From contig DYFQ01000004.1 of assembly GCA_020725105.1 (NCBI GenBank), positions 3,127 to 67,126 on the forward strand: a stretch of 64,000 nucleotides of DNA. The letters run 5' to 3'. The position numbers were made by a program, and so were the translations under genes. The notes beneath the pieces were generated by a model. It made no database searches. It was not told where the DNA came from and saw only the letters and a list, made by a program, of their open reading frames with translations. This stretch comes from Symbiobacterium thermophilum. Its GTDB lineage: Bacteria; Bacillota; Sulfobacillia; DYFQ01. Shown here piece after piece: positions 35,812 through 45,758 of this stretch (its first letter is position 1; each line of letters begins with the position of its first letter).

Positions 35812-36270
35812 CTAGTCTACTTCACCGGGGGGCCTGGCGGCAACGTCGGGGACCGTGGCGCCAGCACCGATCAGCGCGAGCGCCAGTTCCATCAGGCCCC
35901 GGCCTAGCCGGGTGTGGGGAATCACGCGGTCGGCGCCGGCGTGGGTGGCCGCCTGGAGTAGATCTGCCTGGACGTGGAGGCCAAAGGCCAGGATGGGTAG
36001 GCCGGGACAGTCTGCCTTGGACCGGCTGATGGCCATGACCGCTCCCGGCGCCGAGAGGTCCACGATGCCCAGACACGAGCCGGGGAGCGCCGCCTTGAAG
36101 GTGGCGGCGCTGTCGACGATGCGGCACCTCAGGCCGGCCTCCGCCAGTTCGGCCTCGAGCCGCGTGGCGAGGAACAGGTTTGGCACCAGCGCGACAACCG
36201 GCCGTGACCTGGAGTCTGGCCGGATCCCCGCCGGGCCAGAGCGGTCCTGGGTACCGCGACGCTCGTTCAT
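35812..36270 (-). CDS. Hypothetical protein with receiver-like (CheY-like fold) beta-alpha pattern; uncertain
   Basis: Alternating hydrophobic beta strands and helices (VVALVPN / RCRIVDS / CLGIVDL / LPILAFG) but no acidic pocket. Other ORFs in this interval look spurious. Confidence 0.3.
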   Translation of the reverse strand: MNERRGTQDRSGPAGIRPDSRSRPVVALVPNLFLATRLEAELAEAGLRCRIVDSAATFKAALPGSCLGIVDLSAPGAVMAISRSKADCPGLPILAFGLHVQADLLQAATHAGADRVIPHTRLGRGLMELALALIGAGATVPDVAARPPGEVD

Positions 36271-36314
36271 GTCCGGTTTGAAGTCTACAGGACGTCCGGC
36301 CGCCGGGGAAGCCG

Positions 36315-37019
36315 TCAGGTAGCCGCGCGTTGCTCCATGGCCAGGCTGACGCCGGCGGAGGTCCCGAGCCGGTCGGCGCCCGCCTCGATGAGCGCCAGCG
36401 CCTGGCGATACTGCCGGATGCCGCCGGAAGCCTTGACCCCGAGCCGGTCGCCCACCGCCGCCCGCAAGAGGGCGACGTTTTCCGGCGTCGCCCCCCCGGG
36501 TCCGAAGCCGGTGGAGGTCTTGACGAAGTCGGCGCCGGCCTCGGCGGCCAACCGGCAGCCGGACCTGATCTCGTCCTCGGTCAGCAACCCGACCTCCAGG
36601 ATGACCTTGACCAGGGCCGAAGGGTTCGCCGCCTTGCTTGCCCGGACCACCGCCGCCAGGTCCGCGGCCACGCCGGCCGCGTCACCGTCTTTAAGCCGCC
36701 CGATGGGGATCACCACGTCAACCTCCCGGGCACCCTCCTCCACGGCGTGCCGGGCCTCGAGAACCCTGGTCTCGGTCAGGCCGGCTCCCAGGGGGAACCC
36801 GCAAACGGTCACGACCCGCACTCCGGTGCCCTCGAGCCTGGCGGCCGCCCGGGCCACCCGGGCCGGATTGACGCAGACGCCAAAAAAACCCCAGGTCACG
36901 GCCTCGCTGCAGAGCCGGTCCACGTCGGCGGCGCTGGCTTCGGGCCGCAGGTTCGTGTGTTCGATCCGTCCGATCACGCCCGGCGCCCCGCCGGGCGGGG
37001 CTGTTGCCCCACCTTTCAT
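36315..37019 (-). CDS. deoC: Deoxyribose-phosphate aldolase
   Basis: IEHTNLRPEA...FFGVCVNP and the Schiff-base region ADFVKTSTGF. GAAGGAAGGCGGG RBS. Confidence 0.85.
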   Translation of the reverse strand: MKGGATAPPGGAPGVIGRIEHTNLRPEASAADVDRLCSEAVTWGFFGVCVNPARVARAAARLEGTGVRVVTVCGFPLGAGLTETRVLEARHAVEEGAREVDVVIPIGRLKDGDAAGVAADLAAVVRASKAANPSALVKVILEVGLLTEDEIRSGCRLAAEAGADFVKTSTGFGPGGATPENVALLRAAVGDRLGVKASGGIRQYRQALALIEAGADRLGTSAGVSLAMEQRAAT

Positions 37020-37049
37020 GGGGGGTACCCGCCTTCCTTCAGGCCCCGC

Positions 37050-38363
37050 CTAGAGCTTGGTGGCGGCCGCGTTCTGCTGGGCCATCAGGATCTCGTTGGC
37101 CCTGGACAGGTGCTCGGCGGCACGGGCGAAATCTCCGCGCTCGTTCAGGAGGCGGCCCAACTCGGTGTAGGCCTGGGCCAGTTCCTTCCGGACCAGCTTG
37201 GCGCCTTCGAAAACGGCGATGGCCTTCTCGAAGAGGGAGACGGCCGCGTCCGCGTCACCCTGAGCCTTCTTGACCCTGGCCAGCGTCAGGGTAGCCACTC
37301 CAACCTGGTCGGCCGGGTCACGCTTTTCCTTTAGCAGCCCGAGGGCCCGCTCACACAGGTTCTGGGCCTGGTCAAGCTTGCCCTGGGCGAGCCAGTGGTT
37401 GGCCATGGCCGTTAGGGTGGCAGCCTGCGCGGGCCGGTTGCCCAGCGACTGGCTCAGGACCAGGCTCTGCTCGTAGTAGCCGCTGGCCCGGTCCCACTGG
37501 TTACGGCCGCCGTATAGCTGGCCCAGGTGGTGATACATCGCCGCCAGCAGGTGCTTGGCGTTGGCCCGGCGGAACAGGGCCAGCGCCTGGAAGGCGTAGC
37601 TCAGGGCCTTGTCGTCCTCGCCGCGGCTGCGACAGAGAATGCCCAGGCCCAGCAACAGGCCGGCCGCCGACCGGTCGTCCCGCACCTTGTCGACGGTGCC
37701 GAGGGCTTCGTTGAAGCAGTCCAGCGCCAGGTCATCGTCCTGCAGGCGCAGGTAGACGTTGCCCTGCTCGACCAGGGCCCGCAGCCGCACCAGGTCGTCC
37801 TTGACCGACGCTTCGTTGTACGCCTGGGCCGCCCGCTTGAAGGCCTCGACGGCCTTGGCGTGCAGGCCCCGCCGGTGATGCAACTGGCCCAGGAGCAGGT
37901 AGCTCTCGGCCACCTGGTCCTTCAGGTCCTCGCCCTCGAAGGCGTCCAGCGCGCGCCGGATGTGGGTCTCCGCCCTGGTGTAGTCTTGCTGGGCCAGGTA
38001 GACCGAGGCCTGGAGCCGTTCGGCGCCGCCCAGGAGTTCCGGGTTCTCCAGAATCTCGGCCACCTGCTGCGCCTCCTGAGCGCACTCCAGGGCCTCGGCG
38101 TGCCGGCTCTGTTCAAGGTGGCCCTCACCCAGCGCCAGCAGGAACATGGCCTGGTGCCGGTTCTGGGGCACGTCGCCAAGGAAATAGGCGAGCGGCTTGC
38201 CCAGCCGGGCAGCCAGGATCTTCAGGGCCTTGAGCGAGGGATTCGCCTTTCCCCGCTCGATCTGGCTGATGTATGATTTGGTAAAAGATTCCCCGGCGAG
38301 TTGCTCCTGGGTCATATGTAGCTCTAACCGGGCCTTTTTCAGCTTGTTGCCCAAAGTCTCCAT
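37050..38363 (-). CDS. XRE-family HTH transcriptional regulator with C-terminal TPR repeats (RNPP/NprR-like architecture)
   Basis: N-terminal HTH_XRE (LKKARLELHMTQEQLAGESFTKSYISQIERGKANPSLKAL) followed by ~370 aa of TPR-like helical repeats. GAGGGAGGA RBS. Confidence 0.8.
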   Translation of the reverse strand: METLGNKLKKARLELHMTQEQLAGESFTKSYISQIERGKANPSLKALKILAARLGKPLAYFLGDVPQNRHQAMFLLALGEGHLEQSRHAEALECAQEAQQVAEILENPELLGGAERLQASVYLAQQDYTRAETHIRRALDAFEGEDLKDQVAESYLLLGQLHHRRGLHAKAVEAFKRAAQAYNEASVKDDLVRLRALVEQGNVYLRLQDDDLALDCFNEALGTVDKVRDDRSAAGLLLGLGILCRSRGEDDKALSYAFQALALFRRANAKHLLAAMYHHLGQLYGGRNQWDRASGYYEQSLVLSQSLGNRPAQAATLTAMANHWLAQGKLDQAQNLCERALGLLKEKRDPADQVGVATLTLARVKKAQGDADAAVSLFEKAIAVFEGAKLVRKELAQAYTELGRLLNERGDFARAAEHLSRANEILMAQQNAAATKL

Positions 38364-38728
38364 GTTTCGTCCTCCCTCACACAGCTGGCCAGCAAAAAGT
38401 TAACCAGTCTGGTTTACGAATGCTTAAGTCTGCCAACATGAGAACTAGTACGGTAACGGACAGCCGATATCCTGCCGCGAGTGACACGATTTTCCCCCAC
38501 TCTGACTGGTACTATAATCAAATGCTGGTATGACCATCGCCTTAACCGGAGCGTTCCAGAAGCCCGGGACAGGGTACGGTAGGCTGGCTGGATTTGACAC
38601 GCAGTTTACCGGAGCCATATCCTTGGTATGGACCCGGCTCAGCTGTCGGACGCCCGCGCGGGTACGGAGCTGAACCCACGCCGGCCGCCGCGGCGGGTCC
38701 AAGTCCACCACCCGCGGAGTGATGAAGC

Positions 38729-39361
38729 TTGAGGATCAAGCAACTCGTGGTGGGACCCCTGGGGACCAACTGCTTCGTTGTCCTCGACGACCCCTCCGGG
38801 CGGGCCGCGGTGGTCGATCCCGGCGCCAACGCTCAGCGGGTCGTGGAAGCGCTTGAGGGCTACACCGCCAGCTACATATTGGTGACCCACGCCCACTTCG
38901 ACCACATCGGCGGTGTAGGAGACGTCAAGGCGGCCACGGGCGCCCCCGTCGCCATCCACCGACTGGAGGCCGAGTGGCTCTCCGACCCGGTGCGCAACGG
39001 TTCCGGGCTGTGGCCCGACGTCTGCCCCGAGCCGGTGGTCGCACCGCCCCCCGACCGGACCCTCGAGGACGGTGACCGCCTGCCTTTCGGCGACCGGGAA
39101 ATCGTCACCCTGTTCACGCCCGGCCACAGCCCGGGCCACGTGGCCTATCTCCTGGGCAACGTGGTCTTTGCTGGCGACACGCTGTTTCAGGGGTCCATCG
39201 GACGCAGTGACATCCCTGGAGGCGACCACGGCGTCCTCTTGCGGTCCATCCGTGAGAAGCTCCTGGTGCTGGGGGACGACACCATCGTGGCTCCGGGCCA
39301 CGGCCCCGCCACCACCATTGGTCGGGAGAAGCTGGCCAACCCTTTCTTGCGGGACAGGTAG
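38729..39361 (+). CDS. MBL-fold metallo-hydrolase (glyoxalase II-like)
   Basis: HxHxDH motif (VTHAHFDHIGG) with downstream His/Asp ligands. TTG start. Confidence 0.8.
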   Translation: MRIKQLVVGPLGTNCFVVLDDPSGRAAVVDPGANAQRVVEALEGYTASYILVTHAHFDHIGGVGDVKAATGAPVAIHRLEAEWLSDPVRNGSGLWPDVCPEPVVAPPPDRTLEDGDRLPFGDREIVTLFTPGHSPGHVAYLLGNVVFAGDTLFQGSIGRSDIPGGDHGVLLRSIREKLLVLGDDTIVAPGHGPATTIGREKLANPFLRDR

Positions 39362-39374
39362 CGGGACTGCCGGG

Positions 39375-40154
39375 TCAGGCGCACCCTTCTTGCGGCCTGG
39401 CCTCCCAGGCCAGGCGGAGCCCTTCCACGGTCAGCCACTCGTCGACGGCCTGGATGGTCGCGCTGTGGGGCGCCACCAGCGAAGCCAGCCCGCCTGTCGC
39501 CACCACCCGCGCGTCGGCCCCGATCTCCGCCCGGATCCGCTGGACCATGACGTCGACCAGGCCCGCCGAACCGTAAATGAGCCCCGACAGCATGGCCTGG
39601 GCCGTGTCCTTCCCGATGACCGGGCCGGGGGAAGCCAGTTCGATGCGGGGGAGGCCGGCGGCTCGCTCGAACAGGGCGTCCGCCGAGATGCCGACGCCGG
39701 GCGCCACGGCACCGCCCCGGTAGACACCGTCACGGGTCACGACGTCCAGCGTGGTGGCGGTTCCGAAGTCCACCAGGATGAGGGGGGTCCCGTACCGGTG
39801 GATGCCGCCTATCGCGTTGACCACCCGGTCGGGACCGACCGCGGTCGGCGGGTGGTAGTCGATGACCAGCCCCAGGTTCCGGCCGGGGCTGGCGACGAAT
39901 GCCTCCTGGCCGAAGTAGGTGCGGGCCATCTCCGCCAGGGCCGGCGTCAAGGGCGGCACCACCGAGCAGACGGCCACCGCGTCGATGGACGACAGGTCCA
40001 CACCCCGCAGGCGGAGGAGGTTCTGGAACAGGACCCCGTAGTCATCGGCCGTCCTGGCGCGGTCCGTCCCCAGCCGCCACGACGTCACGCGCTCGGGGCC
40101 GCTGAACACGGCGGCCACCAGGTTGGTGTTGCCCAGGTCTACCGCCAGGAGCAT
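39375..40154 (-). CDS. coaX: Type III pantothenate kinase
   Basis: MLLAVDLGNTNL start and CoaX/Bvg accessory-factor family fold. Sits 4 nt downstream of coaBC. Confidence 0.85.
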   Translation of the reverse strand: MLLAVDLGNTNLVAAVFSGPERVTSWRLGTDRARTADDYGVLFQNLLRLRGVDLSSIDAVAVCSVVPPLTPALAEMARTYFGQEAFVASPGRNLGLVIDYHPPTAVGPDRVVNAIGGIHRYGTPLILVDFGTATTLDVVTRDGVYRGGAVAPGVGISADALFERAAGLPRIELASPGPVIGKDTAQAMLSGLIYGSAGLVDVMVQRIRAEIGADARVVATGGLASLVAPHSATIQAVDEWLTVEGLRLAWEARPQEGCA

Positions 40155-40158
40155 CCGG

Positions 40159-41370
40159 TCACGCCCCCCTCTTGCCCCGTTCCTGTAGCAGGCGCGCCAC
40201 GTGGTCCCAGACCGCGTGAGCCAGGTTGTCCTTGCTGGTCAGCGGCACTTCGGCCACGACGCCCGAGCCGTCAAGGATGACAGCGGCGTTGTTGTCCGCG
40301 CCAAAGCCGCGGTCGGGCTGGCCGACGTCGTTGGCCACCACCAGGTCGGTTCCCTTGGCCGCCAGCTCTCGCTGGCCCCGGGCCACCAGGTCCCCGATCT
40401 CCCCGGCAAACCCGACCACCACCCGGTCGCCCTTTACCCGCGCCACCTCGGCCAGGATGTCGGGGGTGAGTTCCAGTTCCAGCCCCAGGTCCAGCGACTC
40501 CTTGGCCAGCTTCCCGGTGACCTGTCGGCGTGGCCGGAAGTCGGTGACGGCGGCGGCCATCACCACGGCGTCGGCCTCCGCCAGCCGCTCCAGGACGGCC
40601 GACCGCATCTCGGCGGCGGTCGTCACGCGCGCCACCTCCACCCCACGCGGCTCCGGCAGGACGGAGGGGCCGGTGACCAGCGTCACCCGGGCCCCCCGGT
40701 CTCGAGCCGCCCGGGCCAGGGCAAAGCCCATCTTCCCGCTGGACGGGTTCGCGATGAACCTGACGGCGTCGATGGGCTCGCGGGTTGGTCCACCGGTCAC
40801 CAGCACCGTGCGGCCGCGAAGGTCCTTGGGCGCCAGCAGACCCCGGATGGCGTCCAGAATGGTCTCGGTGGACGGCAGGCGACCCTGGCCGATCCGGCCC
40901 GACGCCAGGCGGCCCTCGTCGGGCTCCAGGATGGTCACTCCCAGGGCCTGCAGGCGGGCCAGGTTGCCCTGGGTCACCGGGTTGGCGTACATGTCGGCGT
41001 CCATGGCCGGGGCCATCAGGCACGGCGCCCGGCAGGCGAGCAGCGTGGCCGTCACAAAGTCGTCGGCCAGACCGTTGGCCACCTTGGCCAGGCAGTTGGC
41101 GGTGGCGGGCGCCACCACGAAGGCGTCCGCGTGGTCGGCCAGCCAGATGTGGTCCACCGGCCCCAGGCGGGCGGGGGCGAAGAGGTCCCAGAAGGCCGGG
41201 CGACCGGAAACGGCCTCGAAGGTGAGCGGCGTGACGAAGCGGGTGGCTGCCGGCGTCATCAGGACGTACACCGCGGCACCGGCCTGGTGCAGCTTGGAGA
41301 CCACGTCCACCGCCTTGTAACAGGAGATTCCGCCGGTCACCCCGTAAAGGATGGTTTTGCCCTCGAACAT
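40159..41370 (-). CDS. coaBC: Bifunctional phosphopantothenoylcysteine decarboxylase / phosphopantothenate-cysteine ligase
   Basis: N-terminal flavoprotein domain (ILYGVTGGISCYKA) plus the C-terminal CoaB ligase domain. Confidence 0.9.
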   Translation of the reverse strand: MFEGKTILYGVTGGISCYKAVDVVSKLHQAGAAVYVLMTPAATRFVTPLTFEAVSGRPAFWDLFAPARLGPVDHIWLADHADAFVVAPATANCLAKVANGLADDFVTATLLACRAPCLMAPAMDADMYANPVTQGNLARLQALGVTILEPDEGRLASGRIGQGRLPSTETILDAIRGLLAPKDLRGRTVLVTGGPTREPIDAVRFIANPSSGKMGFALARAARDRGARVTLVTGPSVLPEPRGVEVARVTTAAEMRSAVLERLAEADAVVMAAAVTDFRPRRQVTGKLAKESLDLGLELELTPDILAEVARVKGDRVVVGFAGEIGDLVARGQRELAAKGTDLVVANDVGQPDRGFGADNNAAVILDGSGVVAEVPLTSKDNLAHAVWDHVARLLQERGKRGA

Positions 41371-41474
41371 GAGCTTCTCCTTTCAGTGCCCCGCCAGGCT
41401 CTTTCGGTCCGGGCGGGCGGCATCCTGCCCGCGCGGGGTCCGCGCCCGGGGATAGCCCCTGAGCGGCCCGTGGC

Positions 41475-42785
41475 CTACCTGACGAAGGCGCGGTACGCTT
41501 CCCAGCCCAGCCGGGCCAGGGAACCCCAGCCCCCGACCTCGCGGCGGACTTCCCCCACCAACCAGGCCTCCTTCTCCTTGATGCTCTTGCCGTCGACGGT
41601 GAACAACTCGGTCACCACGCGGTTCAAGAGCGCCGGATAGGTGGTGAACAGCTCCCGGTGGCGGTTGAGGAACTCGGGGACCCGCCGGTACTTCTTCAGG
41701 TCCTGGAGGATGAAGCTCTCCGCCAGCCGCTCGTGATAGCGGCGCAGGGCGCGGGAGGAGAAATCGCCCCGCTCCTTGGCCTCGACCACCGCCTGGCCGG
41801 CCAGTTCGCCGGATTTCATCGCCAGGTTTGACCCTTCCCGGTGGATGACGTTGACCAGGCCCGCCGTGTCTCCGACCATCAGGTACCCATCGCCGTACAC
41901 CCGGGGCAGCGACTCAAACCCGCCCTCGGGAATCAGGTGGGCCATGTACTCCTTGGGTTCGCCCCCCTGGACGAGCTTGCGGACGGCGGGGTGGGCCTTC
42001 ATGTGCTCCAGGATGTCGTAGGGCTTCAGCTGCAGCTTGACAAAGTCGGCCAGGATCGAGCCGATGCCCAGGGATATGGAGTCGCGGTTGGTGTAGATCC
42101 AGCCCATGCCGAAAGTGCCCCGGGTGGCGTCGCCCACCAGTTCGATGGTGGCGCCCTGGCCGTCTTCCAGGTTGAAGCGGTCCTCGATCTTCTCCCGGGG
42201 GAGGACGATGATCTCCTTCACCGCCAGGGCCACCTTCTCCGGGGGCCATTCGGGCCGCAGGCCGGCCTTGGGCGCCAGGATGGAGTTGACCCCGTCGGCC
42301 AGGATCACCACGTCGGCAAAGACATCGCCGTCGGGCCGGCCGGTCCTGACGCCGACCACCCGGTCGCCTTCCTTGAGCAGGTCCTCCACGACGGTCTCGG
42401 TGACGAGCAGCGCTCCCGCCGCCTCCGCCTGAGCGGCGAACCAGCGGTCGAAGCGCGAGCGGAGCACGGTGTAGGCCATGTGGGGCGGACCCTCGCCCCA
42501 GCGGGCGGACTGGTGGCCGACCCGGAGCGCGGAGCCGCTCTCGTCCAGGAGCCACATCTCCTGGCGGGTCACGGGGCGTTCCACCGGCACGTCCTTGGGC
42601 CAGGCGGGGAACAGGTCCGCAAGCTGGCGGGAATAGAGCACTCCGCCCATCACGTTCTTGGCGCCGGCGAAGTCGCCGCGCTCGATCACCAGGACCTTGA
42701 CCCCGGCCCGGGCCATGGTCAGGGCGGCGGCGGACCCCGCCGGCCCGGCTCCCACCACAATGGCGTCGTAGCGCTCCACAGCCAT
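41475..42785 (-). CDS. fixC: Electron-transfer flavoprotein:quinone oxidoreductase FixC-like FAD-dependent oxidoreductase
   Basis: YDAIVVGAGPAGSAAALTMARAGVKVLVIE plus FixC-type central and C-terminal regions. ATG at 42785 with AGGGGG RBS. No fixA, fixB or fixX is adjacent. Confidence 0.85.
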   Translation of the reverse strand: MAVERYDAIVVGAGPAGSAAALTMARAGVKVLVIERGDFAGAKNVMGGVLYSRQLADLFPAWPKDVPVERPVTRQEMWLLDESGSALRVGHQSARWGEGPPHMAYTVLRSRFDRWFAAQAEAAGALLVTETVVEDLLKEGDRVVGVRTGRPDGDVFADVVILADGVNSILAPKAGLRPEWPPEKVALAVKEIIVLPREKIEDRFNLEDGQGATIELVGDATRGTFGMGWIYTNRDSISLGIGSILADFVKLQLKPYDILEHMKAHPAVRKLVQGGEPKEYMAHLIPEGGFESLPRVYGDGYLMVGDTAGLVNVIHREGSNLAMKSGELAGQAVVEAKERGDFSSRALRRYHERLAESFILQDLKKYRRVPEFLNRHRELFTTYPALLNRVVTELFTVDGKSIKEKEAWLVGEVRREVGGWGSLARLGWEAYRAFVR

Positions 42786-42973
42786 TCTCAGGTACCCCCT
42801 CCGGGCTTCGGCCACCGGGACCCGCGACGTGGATTCGGTCACCGGGGGACAGTTCAGTCCCAGGACCTTGCCACCCATGGCGACCGGCCTGTGGTTGTGA
42901 ATTTCGTCACGTTCCTGTCACGTTCCAAGTATACCATCGGCCACGACCCGGGCGAAGCCCCGGCTCTCTCGCG

Positions 42974-43000
42974 TTTACGCTGCGACGACGCGTCATATAA
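42974..43000 (+). promoter_or_regulatory. Promoter candidate with consensus -10 TATAAT (42995-43000) for the second Cys-rich wHTH regulator
   Basis: Perfect TATAAT with a weak -35 (TTTACG). RBS GGAGGGA and TTG start follow ~30 nt downstream. Confidence 0.35.
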
Positions 43001-43030
43001 TGTGTGGGACGTGGGACGGAGGGACCGGGG

Positions 43031-43774
43031 TTGAAGGCGGAGACGCTGAAGGTCCTGAGCGCGCTCGGGGACCCGACGCGATATGCCATCTACCACTACC
43101 TCGTCGCCAGCGAAAGCCGGGGCGCGACCGCCCAGGAGGTTGGCGACGCCTTCTCCATCCATCCCAACGTTGCCCGGCTGCACCTGACCAAGCTCGAAGA
43201 GGCCGGCGTGGTCGAGTCGTACGTGCAGAAACCGCTGCCCGGCGGCGGCCGCCCGGCCCGGGCCTACGTGGTGGCCGACCGCCCGCCGGAACTCGAGTTT
43301 CCCGCCAGGGAGTGGCGGCTCCTTTCCGAGGTGGCCACTTCAGCCCTGGCCATGCTGATGCCCGACGCCGCCGAGAGCCTCTGTGCGGAAGGGCGCCGGC
43401 ATGGGCTGGCGCTGGGCGAAGCCAGTCTCCGCCGCTCTGAACCGGGACTGGTTCCGGAGACCGGCGGCTCGCCGGCCACCTCCCCGGGGCGCCTGGAAAA
43501 CCTGAGGCAACTGCTTTGCGACTGCCATCCGGGAGCCGAGGTGCGGTGGCAGGACGGGGGGTTTTCGGTGAGCCTGCCTCAGTGCCCGTTCCGGGAGGTG
43601 GCCGCCAGCCAGCCGCAAGTGGTCTGCCAGATGCACCTGGCCCTGCTCCAGGGAATGGTCGAGTCCCACCTCGGCCCGGTCGCCGCGAGCGCGCTGGCGC
43701 TCATGCCCGACGGGTGCGCCACCTGTGACTTTGCCTTCGCCCCGGCCGGCCACGACCGGCCGGCCGCCGGCTAG
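43031..43774 (+). CDS. ArsR-like winged-helix transcriptional regulator with C-terminal cysteine-rich domain (paralogue of 19626-20273)
   Basis: wHTH (LKVLSALGDPTRYAIYHYL...ATAQEVGDAFSIHPNVARLHLTKLEEAGVV). C-terminus carries CDCHPG...CPFREV...VCQMHLALLQG...CATCDF. TTG start with GGAGGGA RBS. Confidence 0.7.
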   Translation: MKAETLKVLSALGDPTRYAIYHYLVASESRGATAQEVGDAFSIHPNVARLHLTKLEEAGVVESYVQKPLPGGGRPARAYVVADRPPELEFPAREWRLLSEVATSALAMLMPDAAESLCAEGRRHGLALGEASLRRSEPGLVPETGGSPATSPGRLENLRQLLCDCHPGAEVRWQDGGFSVSLPQCPFREVAASQPQVVCQMHLALLQGMVESHLGPVAASALALMPDGCATCDFAFAPAGHDRPAAG

Positions 43775-44763
43775 CGCCGCAGCCACCGGAGGGCCTCGAC
43801 CGCCCTCGCCGCCAGCATCTCGGCGCCCGTCTCCCGGAAGCGCTCCCCCATCGCAGCGCCGGACTGGCCCGCCACGAGCCCGCAGAAAAGGACCGGCGTC
43901 CGGCTGGCTTCCGGGGTCTGCCGGTACCGCTGGGCGGCCCGGGCGTCGTCCAGGTTGTCGCCGAAGTACACGGCCACCGACGGCGACAGCACCCGGACCA
44001 GCGCCTGCAGGCCGCCGGGGTCGGGCTTGAGGTGGCCGGAGTCCGCGGTGATGACCGCCTCCGGAGGGACCAGGCCGCTCAGCCCGCACAGTTCCAGCGC
44101 GGGCAGGGCCTCGGACGCGGCCCGGCCGGTGTAGATGCCGAGCCTGCCCGGTGGGAGGTCCCGCGCCGTGACCAGCGCCCGCTCCCGGCGGTACAGCCCC
44201 GGCCCGCGGACGTGGCGGGGGACGATTCCGAAGAGGGCCGGCGCGTCGTCACGGGCATAGTACTCGCAGCACAGGGTCTCGATGAGGCCCGGATCCCAGG
44301 TCTCGAGCGCCCGGGCCATCACGGCCTCACCCACTCGCGCCTGCAGCACAGAACGGGCGGCGACGAGACCTCCGCCGGCCTGCGCCACCTCACGGCAGAA
44401 GGCCTGCAGGTCGGCGGGATCCCGGACCCGGTCCAGGTGCCGGCGGCCGAGGGCTTCTCCCAGGGCCAGAAAGTACAGGGTCGCCGCCCGGGCCAGGTCC
44501 CAGTCGCTGTTGAAGCCGCCCGCCTGCTTGAACCAGGCGGTGTCGCCGGGAACAAGAGGCGGTCCCTCGCCCGGCCAGCCCGAGATCCTGCCGAGATAGT
44601 GGGTCACCGTCCGGACGATGACCTCGGGATAGGAGGCCGAGGTGTCTACCAGCACCCCGTCGATGTCGAACAGGTAGGCGTCTGCACCGGCCAGCCGGGA
44701 AAGGGCGTCCGGCCGGACCCAGACGTCGCCGGCAACGCGCCGGTATCCGTCAGGCTGGACCAT
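43771..44763 (-). CDS. HAD-like hydrolase
   Basis: DIDGVLVDT motif I near the N-terminus and GDNLDD motif IV. Low-complexity, possibly partly mis-framed. Confidence 0.5.
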   Translation of the reverse strand: MVQPDGYRRVAGDVWVRPDALSRLAGADAYLFDIDGVLVDTSASYPEVIVRTVTHYLGRISGWPGEGPPLVPGDTAWFKQAGGFNSDWDLARAATLYFLALGEALGRRHLDRVRDPADLQAFCREVAQAGGGLVAARSVLQARVGEAVMARALETWDPGLIETLCCEYYARDDAPALFGIVPRHVRGPGLYRRERALVTARDLPPGRLGIYTGRAASEALPALELCGLSGLVPPEAVITADSGHLKPDPGGLQALVRVLSPSVAVYFGDNLDDARAAQRYRQTPEASRTPVLFCGLVAGQSGAAMGERFRETGAEMLAARAVEALRWLRR

Positions 44764-45128
44764 GCTCCGACCTCCGTTCCTCCCTTCATTGCGTTTTATC
44801 GCTCTGAGATTCCTGCTTCCACGGGCCCGCCCGGAGCCGGCGGTCTAGCCAGCCCTCCAGGTCCCGCAGGGCGGCAAGCCCGCTTCCGGCCAACGTCCTT
44901 GCCTCAAGCGGCACTGGCCAGAGATACGACCCAAGCTGCTTGGCGACGCGTACCTGCCGCAACCGGTCCGGCGCGTGGAGATCCCCAAGCCGGGCGGCGG
45001 AGTGAGGCCGCTTGGCATAGACCAGAGAGCTAGCACTAACGGGCCGAGTGTCCCGGGTCGATAGAGTATGTGGGTGGTGCCGGTTGAGTTCCACGGTGGG
45101 CGATCAGGAGACTGTCGAGCTACAGAGC

Positions 45129-45758
45129 ATGACCAAGCCGCTCCCGGAGCCCGAGCCGGCGCGGGTGAAACCTTCCGTGTGGCCGGAGGACCGGCTTGTC
45201 GTGCGGCCAGCCCAGCCGGCCGACTACCGCCGCATCGTCTCCATCTGTTTCGAACTCGGGGGCGTCGAGGGCCACCTGTCGCCGCTGCGCGGTCCCACAG
45301 TCAGTGACCTCCGCCACAACAGGCACTCCGTCATCAGGGCCAACCTGGAGCGGCTCAGGGACGTCCCCATGACTGCGGCATTAGTCGCGGAGCTGGGCGG
45401 AGCCGTCGTCGGCTACGTCATCCTCCGGCTGCAGGAGTCCCCGTTAGGCGGACTGGAAGGACAGATCCAGGACCTTGCGGTGACCCAGGAGTGCTGGGGC
45501 AAGGGCGTGGCCCGTCGCCTCATGGAGGCCGCCGAAGCCCACGTAGAGGAACGGGGGGGCGCGGCCATCAGCATTCAGGTGTTCTCGTCGAATGTGCGGG
45601 CGCTGAAGTTTTGCTCGAAAACCGGCTTCCTGGAAGAGCGGAAGCACCTGGTCAAGGTGCTCCGGAAGGGGAACCACCAGCGGCCAGCACAGACCGTGGG
45701 CTCGGCCGAAGACACGGCGGCGGGGCTCGGGCCTGCGGGCGGAGGAGGAGCGGCGTGA
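45129..45758 (+). CDS. GNAT-family N-acetyltransferase
   Basis: Acetyl-CoA binding motif (QDLAVTQECWGKGVARRLMEAAE). The start is uncertain because the RBS is weak. Confidence 0.65.
   Translation: MTKPLPEPEPARVKPSVWPEDRLVVRPAQPADYRRIVSICFELGGVEGHLSPLRGPTVSDLRHNRHSVIRANLERLRDVPMTAALVAELGGAVVGYVILRLQESPLGGLEGQIQDLAVTQECWGKGVARRLMEAAEAHVEERGGAAISIQVFSSNVRALKFCSKTGFLEERKHLVKVLRKGNHQRPAQTVGSAEDTAAGLGPAGGGGAA

Noticed and set aside
38445-38711. 88-aa minus-strand ORF and 48-codon plus-strand ORF in the 38364-38728 intergenic region, considered as a possible RNPP signalling-peptide gene
   Set aside because: Neither has an RBS, a signal peptide or sensible composition, and both sit upstream rather than downstream of the regulator.
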